A stretch of 64,000 nucleotides of DNA from Gemmatimonadaceae bacterium (GTDB lineage: Bacteria; Gemmatimonadota; Gemmatimonadetes; Gemmatimonadales; Gemmatimonadaceae). A program made the position numbers and the translations under genes. Positions within the stretch are counted from its first letter, which is position 1, and every line of letters begins with the position of its first letter. The notes under the pieces are model-generated. The model was not told where the DNA came from and made no database searches. It saw only the letters and a list, made by a program, of their open reading frames with translations. This document shows, piece by piece, positions 20,425 through 30,340 of this stretch. The DNA lies in the NCBI GenBank assembly GCA_051859245.1, contig JBHYGA010000001.1:1309722-1373721 (forward strand), written 5' to 3'.

Positions 20425-23343
20425 GTGAACTCTCCTGACGGCATCCGGCTCGACGTGCATGTGGTGGCCCACACCCACTGGGATCGTGAGTGGTATCACG
20501 CGGCGCCGAGGTTCAGGCAGCGCCTGGTGTCGCTCGTGGGATCGTTGCTCGCGAAGGCCCCGGACGCCTCTCGCCCGTTCCTGCTCGATGGACAAGCCGT
20601 CGTCCTCGAAGACGTGCTCGCGGTGCACCCGGAGTGGGAATCGGCGCTCTGGGAGCATCTATCTGCCGGTGCCCTCGAGGCTGGTCCGTGGTACGTGCTC
20701 GCGGATGAACTGATTCCGAGCGGCGAGGCGCTCGTGCGCAACTTGCTCGCGGGGCGTCGGGTGCTGGCGCGATTCGGCGCCACGCCGCCCGCCGTGTGCT
20801 ACTCGCCTGATTCGTTCGGACACCCGGCAATGTTACCGGCAGTCGCGCGAGGTTTTGGGCTTCGTGTCGCCGTGCTGTGGCGGGGCTATGGTAGCGCTCG
20901 CTGGCCCGCCGGGGACAGCGTACGCTGGCAGGCGCCCGATGGGAGTGAAATCCCGCTCTGGCACCTGCCACGGGATGGATACGAGTATGGCAGCGCGCTC
21001 CCAACGAACGCCGATCAGGCCATGCAGCGTTGGCAGCGTCTTCATGATGAGTTGTCTGCACGAGCAACCACCGGTGTCGTGTTGCTGACGAACGGCGCGG
21101 ATCATCACGCGATGCAGCTATCGCTCGACGACGCGATCGTCGCGCTGATGAACTCGGCGCAACGCGACGGTACACAGGTGCGGCGTTCGTCGCTGGCCGC
21201 GTGGGCACGCGCTTTCGAATCAGCCGCGGCGAACAACCCGTTGCCCGTGACCAGCGGTGAACTCCGAGATTCGTACGGCTTCACGTGGACGCTGCAAGGC
21301 ACGTTGGCTACGCGCGCCTGGCAGAAGCGTGCAGTATCACGAGCCGACGTATTGCTGCGCTGGGATGTCGAACCCTGGATCGCCTTGGCCGATCTTCAAT
21401 CTGGCAACACCTCGCAGCACGGCCTGCTGCACGCGGCGTGGAAGACATTTCTGCGCACGCTGCCGCACGACACACTGTGCGGATGTTCGATCGACAGCGT
21501 GGCGCGAGCGCTCAACGCGCGCGTGGAGTCGGTACGCACGCAATCTGCTGGTCTTCGCGTAAGTGCACTCGATGTACTGCACCACCGAAACGCGAGTGAA
21601 GCAAGAGAGCGCGCCGTTGACGCGTGGTCGCCACGTTTGCTCGTACGCAATCGGACCACGCGCGCGCGCTGGGGCGTGGCACACGCGGAGCTGTGCACCA
21701 CAATCGGCGATGTGCGGGTTGGACCGGGCAGTAACTTGTCCGAGTATCCGACCACGCACCGTCTGCCGTTGTTGCGGGATGTTCCCGGGGGCCTGGTGGT
21801 GCAACCGCTGCGTGCACGGCTTCGCCACGAACGGCGCGAATCGCCGCACCACTACCCCGACGATGACGTGGTGCATGCGTTGCGCGCGCTGGTGTGGATT
21901 CCCGAGCGTGAAGCGATCCCGGCAATCGGCACGCGCAGTTGGCCAATGCGTCGCCACGCCGCGGGACCTGAAACACCGACCACTCACACCGCGGCGTCTC
22001 ACGCCGCGGCCGCTGACGCAGCGGCGACTGACGCAGCGGCGACCGACGCGGCTGGCGGCACTACGGCGGAGCACAGTCCGTTCGTGACGGTGCAGCGCGA
22101 CGCGAATGTCGTGCAGCTGCAGAACGCGCGCCTTCATGTGACCGTCGGCGGTGGTCGTGTCTCACTGCACGACACGGCCACTGGCCGTACAATCAGCAAT
22201 CTGCTCCAACTCACATGGCAGCGTGACATTGGTGACGCGTACACCTCCGCACCACGTGGTCCGGTGCTGCCGGCATCGATCGGTCGACCCCGCATCCGCG
22301 CTCGCGGTCCGTTGCGCGCGGTCGTTGACGTGCCCATGCGATTGCTCGTGCCACACCGCGCCGTCACACCAGATCTGCACTTCGCCAGTGAAGCACAGCA
22401 CGAGTCGGTTGGGCATGGTGATACGCCAAGCGAACACGCGTTGGCGAACGATTCGCCGTTGTTGCGGCCACTGCGGGCCAGACTTGTGCTTTCGCTCGAC
22501 GCGGGGGCTTCTCGCCTCGATGTACGCGTTGTGGCAGACGACCGCGCGCCCGATCACCGGTTGTGTTTACGTATCGCAACGGCTCAGCCTGGATCCCGCG
22601 TCTTCGCCGATGCAGCATTTGCTGCCGTGGAGCGCGTGCCAGTGGAGCTCTCGGCGAACGAAGAACTGATGGAGCACGCAACGTCGTGCGCGCCGCTGCA
22701 TCGGTGGGTTGCTCGGACCGATGCGTTGCACACCACGTGCGTGATCAGTGACGGGCTCGCCGAGTATGAGGCGTTCGAGAACGGCGACCTGGCGATTACG
22801 CTTGTGCGTGCCACCGGCGAGCTGTCTCGGGCCAACTTGCCAGAACGTCCCGGTCATGCCGGTTGGCCGGCGCCGATTCCAGAGGCACAGGGTCCCGGGC
22901 GAATACAGGCCAACTTTGCGGTGTGTACCATGCCACGGTACAGCGTGCTGGATATTGAACACATGGCCGACGATGTGCTGCGTCCGCTCGTCGCTCACAC
23001 GTGGCGCGACGCACCGCCTGAGGCGCCATCACTCGTGCGCGGCGTCTCGCTCAGCGGCGATGGAATCGTTGCGTCCGCGATCAAACCGGCAGAAGACGGC
23101 AATGGCATCATCCTGCGCGCCCTGAACGTGCACAGTGAAACGCGCGAAGCGGTGTGGTGTTTGCCACACAAGGATCTGCGTGTGTGGTCTGTCCGGCTTG
23201 ACGAATCCGCAGACAAATCGGCAGACGATTCTGAGCCACGCCTGAGCGTCGCCAATGACGTTACCGAAATTCGTGTCTCCGTTTCGCCACGGGCGATCAG
23301 TTCGCTGCGTGTTCTGCGCTTGCCCGTGAACCCGTCTGCATAA
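20425..23343 (+). CDS. Glycoside hydrolase family 38 (alpha-mannosidase/MngB-like)
   Basis: HTHWDREW zinc motif, LLDGQ, GPWY, PDSFGH nucleophile, GADH, PHDTLCGCSID. No signal peptide seen. Confidence 0.88.
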   Translation: MNSPDGIRLDVHVVAHTHWDREWYHAAPRFRQRLVSLVGSLLAKAPDASRPFLLDGQAVVLEDVLAVHPEWESALWEHLSAGALEAGPWYVLADELIPSGEALVRNLLAGRRVLARFGATPPAVCYSPDSFGHPAMLPAVARGFGLRVAVLWRGYGSARWPAGDSVRWQAPDGSEIPLWHLPRDGYEYGSALPTNADQAMQRWQRLHDELSARATTGVVLLTNGADHHAMQLSLDDAIVALMNSAQRDGTQVRRSSLAAWARAFESAAANNPLPVTSGELRDSYGFTWTLQGTLATRAWQKRAVSRADVLLRWDVEPWIALADLQSGNTSQHGLLHAAWKTFLRTLPHDTLCGCSIDSVARALNARVESVRTQSAGLRVSALDVLHHRNASEARERAVDAWSPRLLVRNRTTRARWGVAHAELCTTIGDVRVGPGSNLSEYPTTHRLPLLRDVPGGLVVQPLRARLRHERRESPHHYPDDDVVHALRALVWIPEREAIPAIGTRSWPMRRHAAGPETPTTHTAASHAAAADAAATDAAATDAAGGTTAEHSPFVTVQRDANVVQLQNARLHVTVGGGRVSLHDTATGRTISNLLQLTWQRDIGDAYTSAPRGPVLPASIGRPRIRARGPLRAVVDVPMRLLVPHRAVTPDLHFASEAQHESVGHGDTPSEHALANDSPLLRPLRARLVLSLDAGASRLDVRVVADDRAPDHRLCLRIATAQPGSRVFADAAFAAVERVPVELSANEELMEHATSCAPLHRWVARTDALHTTCVISDGLAEYEAFENGDLAITLVRATGELSRANLPERPGHAGWPAPIPEAQGPGRIQANFAVCTMPRYSVLDIEHMADDVLRPLVAHTWRDAPPEAPSLVRGVSLSGDGIVASAIKPAEDGNGIILRALNVHSETREAVWCLPHKDLRVWSVRLDESADKSADDSEPRLSVANDVTEIRVSVSPRAISSLRVLRLPVNPSA
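21991..22050 (+). repeat. Four imperfect 15-bp tandem repeats in GH38 (AASHA/AAADA/AATDA/AATDA linker)
   Basis: gcggcgtctcacgcc gcggccgctgacgca gcggcgactgacgca gcggcgaccgacgcg. Confidence 0.7.
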
Positions 23344-24145
23344 GCGCATCGCCAATCAGCGTGCAGGCGATCACGGTCAGGATCAGCGCGAGTCCTGGCG
23401 CGAGCGCAATCCACGGTGCGATCAGGAGCCACTCGCGACCGCCGGCAATCATGTTGCCCCAGCTCGGAGCCGGTGGCTGAATACCGAGTCCAAGAAACGA
23501 AAGGCCGCTTTCGAGCAGGATGGCGTTGCCAACGCCAAGCGTGATCGCCACAATCGCCGCGCCGATGGCGTTCGGCAGAACATGTTTGCCGAGCAGTCGG
23601 ATGGACGGTACGCCGAGTGCGGTTGCCGCTTCAACGTATGGCTGCGAACGTACCCCCAGCACATCCGCGCGCACCAGGCGTGCCACGCCCATCCAGCCGG
23701 TAAGCGCCAGTACAATCACAACGGTTGAAAGTCCTGGCCCCCACAGCGCCGCAATCACCAGCAACAATACAAGACGTGGAATCGCGAGCAGCGTGTCGCC
23801 CAGCGCGAGCAGCACGCGGTCAACGGTGCCGCCAATCCACGCGCCGAACGCACCGAGCAGTACACCTAAGGTACCCGCGAGCAGCGCACCCGCAACGCCA
23901 ACGGCGAGCGATAAACGAGCCGCAATCCACACGCGTGCCATTACGTCGCGTCCGAACGCATCGGTGCCCAACACGTGCACTCCACCCTCAACCCCTCGTG
24001 CGAACGGAGGCTTGAGGCGTGTTGCCATCACGTCATTGATCGACACCGGATCACCCGGACTCAGCCACGGCCCAACGATTGCGCCGAGTACCAGTGCACC
24101 AAGAATCAGCGCGCCGGCGCGTATCCGGTTCGCGTTGCGACTCAT
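23297..24145 (-). CDS. Opp/Dpp-type ABC transporter permease (OppC/DppC family)
   Basis: LGTDAFGRD, YVEAATALG (EAA loop), HVLPN, LSFLGLG, PSWG. Confidence 0.92.
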   Translation of the reverse strand: MSRNANRIRAGALILGALVLGAIVGPWLSPGDPVSINDVMATRLKPPFARGVEGGVHVLGTDAFGRDVMARVWIAARLSLAVGVAGALLAGTLGVLLGAFGAWIGGTVDRVLLALGDTLLAIPRLVLLLVIAALWGPGLSTVVIVLALTGWMGVARLVRADVLGVRSQPYVEAATALGVPSIRLLGKHVLPNAIGAAIVAITLGVGNAILLESGLSFLGLGIQPPAPSWGNMIAGGREWLLIAPWIALAPGLALILTVIACTLIGDALMQTGSRASAEHAAN

Positions 24146-25128
24146 GCGGCGCGCCGCCTTGGATCAAGCGATTGCACGATCACATCAGCCAAGAGGTTCG
24201 ACAGAATCACCACGGCTGCATACAACACAGTGAGTGCAAGTACCACGGGATAATCACGCGTTGCAATAGACTGTAGCATGGTGCGACCAAGGCCTGGCCA
24301 CGCAAACACCTGCTCAACAAATACCGAGCCAGCCACCACGCCGGGCAGCGCCAATCCGACCAACACCACAATCGGCGAAATCGCGTTACGCACCACGTAG
24401 CGTGAGCGCACCGCACGAAACGGCACACCTCGCGCTGCCGCGGCTTGCACGTGCGGCGCGCGCCATGCGTCGGCCACGGCACCACGTGCGTACCGCGCAA
24501 TGGCGGCAGCGCCGGTAAGCGTGAGCACGAGCAACGGGAGCACGGCATGCCGCGCGACATCAACAATCGCGGGCCATCCGGATAACGTCGCCGATGGCGT
24601 GTGTACGCCGAACGCCGGCAAGCGCATCCAGGCCGGCGCCCCGAGAACGGCCGGCCCGCTGGTTGCGATGACTAGCAGCGCGAGTGCCAGCCAGAAGCTC
24701 GGTGCGGCGTATAACGCAGCGGTTAAAACAGAGACCGCGGTATCGCCGCGCGAGTTCAGACGCCGCGCTTGCCAGCTCCCGATGGCCACGCCAACGACCA
24801 CGCTGAGGGCGAGCGAAACACCCCCGAGCAGGAGTGAGAGAGGCAGCGCGTCCGCAATCACGCGCGACACGGGTTGCGAAAGGGCCAGGCTGGTGCCGAG
24901 ATCGCCACGCAGCAAGCCGCCCAGCCATCGCGCATATTGCTCGGTGAGGGAGCCGTCGAGGCCAAAGAGCGCGCGCTGCCGGGCAATTTCTTCGGCCGTC
25001 GCACTTGGCGAGACCAGAAGCGACGCCGGATCACCCGGCGCGAAATGGATCAGGAGAAACGTGAGCGTCGCAACGAGCCAGAGCAGTAACGCGGCATCGA
25101 GCAATCGGGGGAGTAGGTGTCGCACCAC
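24142..25128 (-). CDS. Opp/Dpp-type ABC transporter permease (OppB/DppB family)
   Basis: APGDPA, GDLGTS, VEQVFAWPGLG, RDYPV, DPR C-terminus. Confidence 0.92.
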   Translation of the reverse strand: MVRHLLPRLLDAALLLWLVATLTFLLIHFAPGDPASLLVSPSATAEEIARQRALFGLDGSLTEQYARWLGGLLRGDLGTSLALSQPVSRVIADALPLSLLLGGVSLALSVVVGVAIGSWQARRLNSRGDTAVSVLTAALYAAPSFWLALALLVIATSGPAVLGAPAWMRLPAFGVHTPSATLSGWPAIVDVARHAVLPLLVLTLTGAAAIARYARGAVADAWRAPHVQAAAARGVPFRAVRSRYVVRNAISPIVVLVGLALPGVVAGSVFVEQVFAWPGLGRTMLQSIATRDYPVVLALTVLYAAVVILSNLLADVIVQSLDPRRRAA

Positions 25129-25131
25129 GTG

Positions 25132-26739
25132 ATGATGCGTGCTGCGCGCCGTGGGTCAAGGCCACGCCGATCATTGCGTGCAGCCGTGGGCACGGTGATG
25201 GTCAGTATCGCGCTCGCGACCGTTGCCTGTGCCGACATCACGCGTGATCCAGCGGTGATCGTGCTGGCCTCGGGTTCCGATCTGGAGTCGGCCAACCCGG
25301 TGGTCACCGTGCATACCATGTCGCGGCAGATGCAGCGGCATATGTTGTTCATGCCACTCGTTCGCCTCGACTCGCTGCTGCAGCCGGAGCCCTGGCTGGC
25401 GCGCGCGTGGGTGTGGAATGAGGGGCGCACGGTGCTCACGTTCACACTGCGTTCCAATGTGACGTGGCATGATGGCGCGCGCACAACGTCTCGCGATGTG
25501 GTGGTCACGTTTGAGGCCGCGAAAGATCCCGCCACGGGTAGCCCACGCGCGGGCGACCTTGCTGCGGTGCGCACCATCAAAGCACTCGATGATTCCACCG
25601 TTCAGTTCGAGTTCGACGCGCCACAATCGGGCTTTCCACTGATCTTCGCGGAAATGCCGAGCGTACCCGCACATATTCTCGATTCGGTGCCGCGAGACCA
25701 GTGGCGTCGGCACGCTTTTTCTACGGCCCCGGTTGGAAACGGCCCATTTGTGTTTGTCTCTCGAACGGCCGGACAGCGTTGGCGGTTTGCGCGCAATGAG
25801 TCATTCCCGTTGGAGCTCGGCGGACCGCCACCGGCGCGCGAAGTCGTGATCGCCGTTGTTGATGAACCGGCCACCAAGTTCGCTGGGCTGGTCAGCGGCG
25901 AACTTGATGTGGCCGGCGTGTCGCCCGCGATGGCGTCATTGGTTGCGCGCGATCCGCTGCTGCAACTTGAGACACCGCCGGTGTTGTTCACGACGGTGCT
26001 CGCTTTCAATACCACGAAGCCGCCGTTCGACGACGCGCGTGTGCGGCGCGCAATTTCTGCGTCGATCAACCGCCAGCGAATCGTAGACGCAGCCGTGGCC
26101 GGATACGGCGTGCCAGCCACACACGCGGTGCCTCCCGGTGTGTTTCCGAATGAACCGCTCGGTCACTCCGAGCCTGCGACGGCCGCCGCGTCGCTACTCG
26201 ACAGCGCGCAGTGGCTGCTCGGTGCAGATGGTGTTCGTGTGCGTGAGGGCAAGCGATTGGAAGTGGAACTGATCACCGTTGGCAGCGGTGATCTTGCCGC
26301 CGAGCAGTTGTTGCAGGACGATCTGCGGCGCGTTGGCATCACGCTCACAATTCGAACCGTTGAACTGGCCGCGTTTCTGACGAGTTTGCGTGCCGAGGAA
26401 AAGGACTTTGATGTGGCGTACACTGGGTTGCCTGGCGATCTATCGCTGGGTCATCTCACATCGCTCTTTCACAGCGCCCAGCGCGGTGGAGCACTCGACT
26501 ACACGGGCTACCACACACGCGCGCTCGATTCGCTGCTTGATCACGCGCGTCGCGCACAAACACCCGCGGAACGGCAATCGGGATGGCAACAGGTGAGTGC
26601 ACATCTTGACTCCGCTGCGCCCGTCGCCTTTGTGTATCACGGACGTGGAGTGCAGGGGCGCGCGCGATCACTTGATGGCGTGGTCATGGATTTGCGCGGT
26701 GAACTCACCTCCATCGCGCGATGGCGGCGTCACGAGTGA
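25132..26739 (+). CDS. Family 5 ABC substrate-binding lipoprotein
   Basis: TVAC lipobox; FTLRSNVTWHDG, PVGNGPF, PPFDDARVRRAI. Start uncertain (25117-25198). Confidence 0.88.
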   Translation: MMRAARRGSRPRRSLRAAVGTVMVSIALATVACADITRDPAVIVLASGSDLESANPVVTVHTMSRQMQRHMLFMPLVRLDSLLQPEPWLARAWVWNEGRTVLTFTLRSNVTWHDGARTTSRDVVVTFEAAKDPATGSPRAGDLAAVRTIKALDDSTVQFEFDAPQSGFPLIFAEMPSVPAHILDSVPRDQWRRHAFSTAPVGNGPFVFVSRTAGQRWRFARNESFPLELGGPPPAREVVIAVVDEPATKFAGLVSGELDVAGVSPAMASLVARDPLLQLETPPVLFTTVLAFNTTKPPFDDARVRRAISASINRQRIVDAAVAGYGVPATHAVPPGVFPNEPLGHSEPATAAASLLDSAQWLLGADGVRVREGKRLEVELITVGSGDLAAEQLLQDDLRRVGITLTIRTVELAAFLTSLRAEEKDFDVAYTGLPGDLSLGHLTSLFHSAQRGGALDYTGYHTRALDSLLDHARRAQTPAERQSGWQQVSAHLDSAAPVAFVYHGRGVQGRARSLDGVVMDLRGELTSIARWRRHE

Positions 26740-29528
26740 AGAGTGTAACGCGCAGTGACACGGAGTTGTTCGGCGTAGGCCTGTCCGCACGTTGGCAGGC
26801 GTGCGACGAAAGCCTGCGCACGCTCGCATTGGGGTTGGAACAGGAACTGTTGCCGCTGCTGAGTGGCCGCGAACTACCGATCCCCGCGCGCAAAGCGCGA
26901 CTCACCCGGATTGGCGGTCGATGCGCTGCCGACGGCACGCCACTCGCGTTTGACCCGTGGCGCCCGCACGACCATGTGTGTCCCACGTGCTCAGTGGTGC
27001 ACCGCGGTATTGAGCACGACGATTGGTGGGCGATGAGTGCACAGCTCTGGTGCGCTGAGCGCACGCTGCACGCAGCGCTGTTGGGGTGCATGTGGCAGCG
27101 TGACGATCTCATGCGCCTTGCCGCTGATCTGATGAACGCATTGAGTGCGCGATATCTCACGTTTCCCAACGAAGACAACGCGCTCGGGCCCACACGCCCG
27201 TTCTTCAGCACGTATCTCGAGAGTGTCTGGCTGCTGAACCTCACGCTCGCAGCGCAGGTGCTTCGGCACAGCGAGCATGCTCGCGCCGCGGTCGACACGT
27301 TGTGCGAACGGGTGGTTGAGCCGAGTCGAAGCTTGATCGCAAGCTTTCCTGAAGGCCGATCGAATCGGCAAACGTGGCACACATCGGCGCAGATTGCCGC
27401 CGCCCAGTTGCTTGGGGATTCGGCGGCACTTGCGCCGCTGATTGATGGAACAACAGGTGTGCACACGCTACTGCGCAACGGTCTGCTTGAGGATGGTTCG
27501 TGGTACGAAGGTGAGAACTACCACCTGTTCGCGCACCGCGGCCTCTGGTACGGTGTCACCATGCTCGAGTCTGCGGGCGTCGCGATTCCTGAATCACTCA
27601 ACGCACGATTCAACGCGGGCTTCGTGACACCGCTGCTCGGCATCCTTCCCGACGGCACGTTTCCCTCGCGACGTGACAGTCGGTACGGCGTGTCGGTGCA
27701 TCAATGGCGATTTGCCGAGTGGTGCGAGCTCGGACTGGCGCGTGCTGATCAACCCACGCTTCGCACGTGGTTGCATCGGTTGTACAACAGCGAGCACACA
27801 TCGCGATCCACTGATCGTGCCTGCTCCACAGCCGACATTGAACGCGACGCGCCGCCAAGCGCGTTGCATCGGCACGACCTGGGCTGGCGTACGCTGCTGT
27901 GCGCGCGTGCGGAGTCGTGGCCGGCCCCCGATGCGATCGCGGATCAAAGCGTCGTGCTCGAAGCGCAGGGACTGACGGTGATCCGCCGCGACACTGGCCG
28001 GATTTACGTGGCGCTTGAGGGCGGCAACACGGGCGGGGGACACGGGCATCCCGATCGGCTGGCCCTCACGATTCAGGATGGTCACGCGCGCGTGCTCGAA
28101 GATCCCGGTGCTGGTTCGTACGTTGAGCGTTCGCTGCACTGGTATCGAAGCACGCTCGCGCATAACGCGCCACTGGTGAACGGTCGCTCACAGGTTCCCG
28201 TCCCAACCACGCTGCGAGCGTTTGACGCGCGCGACGACCTTGCGTGGATGCAAGCCGAGGCCGAGGGAATCGCGGCGGACGTGCGCGTTGTACGCACCGT
28301 CATCGTCAGTGCCGTGCACATCGTGGAGCACGTCGAGTGGTGGTCGCCGCGTACTGTCACGCTCGATCTGCCGGTGCACTTTCGCGCCACGCTGAACGGC
28401 GCACGCGAGTGGCATGTTCGCGATGCAGGCGGTGCGGGAGGTCTGGAAGACGGATTCGATTTCCTGACGGAGGTACGCGCGTGTGACGTTGCTGCCCTCG
28501 ACCTGCTCGCCTTCGAGGGCACGCACGAGCGCAACGTGAAGTATTGGTGCGCGGCGAGCGCGAACGCGGAGCTCTTTCATGCCGTCGCTCCCGGCCCTCC
28601 ACGCACACCGGCGCGATCATTTCTTTGGGTTCGTCACGTTGCGTCGCACGGCTGGGTGGCCGGCGTCTGGTCTCTCCGCAACAGTGTCGCTCACGTGGCC
28701 ATCGAGCAGCCATTGCATGATGCACTCGAGATTTGCGTACGTGAGCGCACCGGTGCGACGCGGCGGTACCGCGCGCACTCGCCCACATGGCAGGTCACCG
28801 AACAGGATGAAGGTGGCGTGCGCGAGATCCCGCTGAAGGGACAACGTAGCGCCGCCGTGCATGAGCGGCCGGCCAAGCAACTCGACGCACGGCCGCATCA
28901 TGCGGTCGATTTGCGGCTCGCGCCCGCACGATTTGCACTGGGTGAAGCGCACTATCGAGGCAGCGAAACGGACTGGCGCGCCGCAGGCCAACCGTCGGCC
29001 GACGTTCGCGTGGCCGCTGACAACAGTGCATTGCACATCACCGTACGTGCGTTCACGGGAGAGGTTGTCGCACCCGCAGCCGGCGAGGAGAACGCGCTGG
29101 ACAACGAACGTGCCGACGTTAACGCCGACGGGGTGCAGTGCTATGTTGGGCCGGTAGACCGTGCCGAGTGGAGCGGTGCGTGGTTGCTGGTGCCCGATGT
29201 GCAGACCGGGGCCGTCCGTGTTACCTCGCTTGTGCCCGACAACCAGCCGGTCGTTGCACGATGGGCGCCCGCACCCGGTGGCTTCACGCTGGAGCTGACG
29301 GTGGCAAGACACGTGCTGCCCGAGAACCCGGCGAACGAACTGCGTTTCGACTTGCTGGTCAACGAACGACCGGCCCACCGCCAGCGTCGGCGCGGACAGC
29401 TGGTACTCTCCGGTTCCAACGGGGAGACCGTGTATCTTCGTGGAGACCGGCACGACCCGCTTCGCGCGTGGCGTATGATTTTGCCCTCGGTGCGCGCTTC
29501 TGACTCGACTTTGAATTCGCAGGCATGA
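26736..29528 (+). CDS. Heparinase II/III-like polysaccharide lyase with a C-terminal CBM9-like domain
   Basis: SNRQTW, DGSWYEGENYH, GHGHPDRL, DPGAGSY, STLAHN. GTGA coupling to the SBP stop. Confidence 0.8.
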   Translation: MKSVTRSDTELFGVGLSARWQACDESLRTLALGLEQELLPLLSGRELPIPARKARLTRIGGRCAADGTPLAFDPWRPHDHVCPTCSVVHRGIEHDDWWAMSAQLWCAERTLHAALLGCMWQRDDLMRLAADLMNALSARYLTFPNEDNALGPTRPFFSTYLESVWLLNLTLAAQVLRHSEHARAAVDTLCERVVEPSRSLIASFPEGRSNRQTWHTSAQIAAAQLLGDSAALAPLIDGTTGVHTLLRNGLLEDGSWYEGENYHLFAHRGLWYGVTMLESAGVAIPESLNARFNAGFVTPLLGILPDGTFPSRRDSRYGVSVHQWRFAEWCELGLARADQPTLRTWLHRLYNSEHTSRSTDRACSTADIERDAPPSALHRHDLGWRTLLCARAESWPAPDAIADQSVVLEAQGLTVIRRDTGRIYVALEGGNTGGGHGHPDRLALTIQDGHARVLEDPGAGSYVERSLHWYRSTLAHNAPLVNGRSQVPVPTTLRAFDARDDLAWMQAEAEGIAADVRVVRTVIVSAVHIVEHVEWWSPRTVTLDLPVHFRATLNGAREWHVRDAGGAGGLEDGFDFLTEVRACDVAALDLLAFEGTHERNVKYWCAASANAELFHAVAPGPPRTPARSFLWVRHVASHGWVAGVWSLRNSVAHVAIEQPLHDALEICVRERTGATRRYRAHSPTWQVTEQDEGGVREIPLKGQRSAAVHERPAKQLDARPHHAVDLRLAPARFALGEAHYRGSETDWRAAGQPSADVRVAADNSALHITVRAFTGEVVAPAAGEENALDNERADVNADGVQCYVGPVDRAEWSGAWLLVPDVQTGAVRVTSLVPDNQPVVARWAPAPGGFTLELTVARHVLPENPANELRFDLLVNERPAHRQRRRGQLVLSGSNGETVYLRGDRHDPLRAWRMILPSVRASDSTLNSQA

Positions 29529-30328
29529 CTGAATCTTTGCTCGCCGCCGTCAAGGTGGTGCTCTTTGAACCACAGGACCCCATCAACATTGGCGCGGTCG
29601 TTCGCGCCATGAAGAACATGGGCGTGCATGATTTGCGCCTCGTGCGTCCCGTGAAGTACGACCTCACGCGCATTGAGCAGATCGCGCATGATACGCGCGA
29701 CGTGGTGGATCGGATCCGGCACTTTGATACGCTCGACGAGGCACTGGCCGATTGCGTCCGTGTTGCCGCGTTCACCGGCCGCCGCCGGGCCTCGCGCTGG
29801 GCCATGCATACGCCGCGCACCATGGCGGAGGATCTGCTAGGCGTCGTGGAAGATGGTCCGGTGGCGCTGCTCTTTGGCCGCGAAGATCACGGCCTGCCAG
29901 GGGACGCGGTGGATCGCGCGCACACGATCGTCACCATCCCAACCACGGCGCACTACTCGCTCAATCTTGCGCAAGCAGTGCTGATCGGGTTGTACGAGCT
30001 GCATCTCGCGGCCGGTGATGCAACACGCCGGCTGGCGCGACCACGCAAGGCCACACCGCCGCCAACCGCAGATGAAATCGAGCGCACGTTCACCGATGTG
30101 CACTCGGCGCTCAACTCCATTGCCTACTTCAAGACACGCAATCCGGAGTTGATCATGCGCAGCATTCGTTCGATTGTCTTTCGCTCCAATCCGGATTCGC
30201 GTGAGCTCACCATGCTGCGGACAGCCGCTATCGAAGTGCTGCGCACGCTTGAGCGCGAACGCAAAGGCTTGCTGCGCAGATTGGGGCTCACGGAAGCGGA
30301 TGTTCCGCCTGAGGTGCCGTCTGCGTGA
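29525..30328 (+). CDS. trmJ: SPOUT tRNA methyltransferase, TrmJ/LasT family
   Basis: NIGAVVRAMKNMG, LLFGREDHGL, SLNLAQAV; ATGA coupling. Confidence 0.8.
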   Translation: MTESLLAAVKVVLFEPQDPINIGAVVRAMKNMGVHDLRLVRPVKYDLTRIEQIAHDTRDVVDRIRHFDTLDEALADCVRVAAFTGRRRASRWAMHTPRTMAEDLLGVVEDGPVALLFGREDHGLPGDAVDRAHTIVTIPTTAHYSLNLAQAVLIGLYELHLAAGDATRRLARPRKATPPPTADEIERTFTDVHSALNSIAYFKTRNPELIMRSIRSIVFRSNPDSRELTMLRTAAIEVLRTLERERKGLLRRLGLTEADVPPEVPSA

Positions 30329-30340
30329 CCGCCATCGCGG

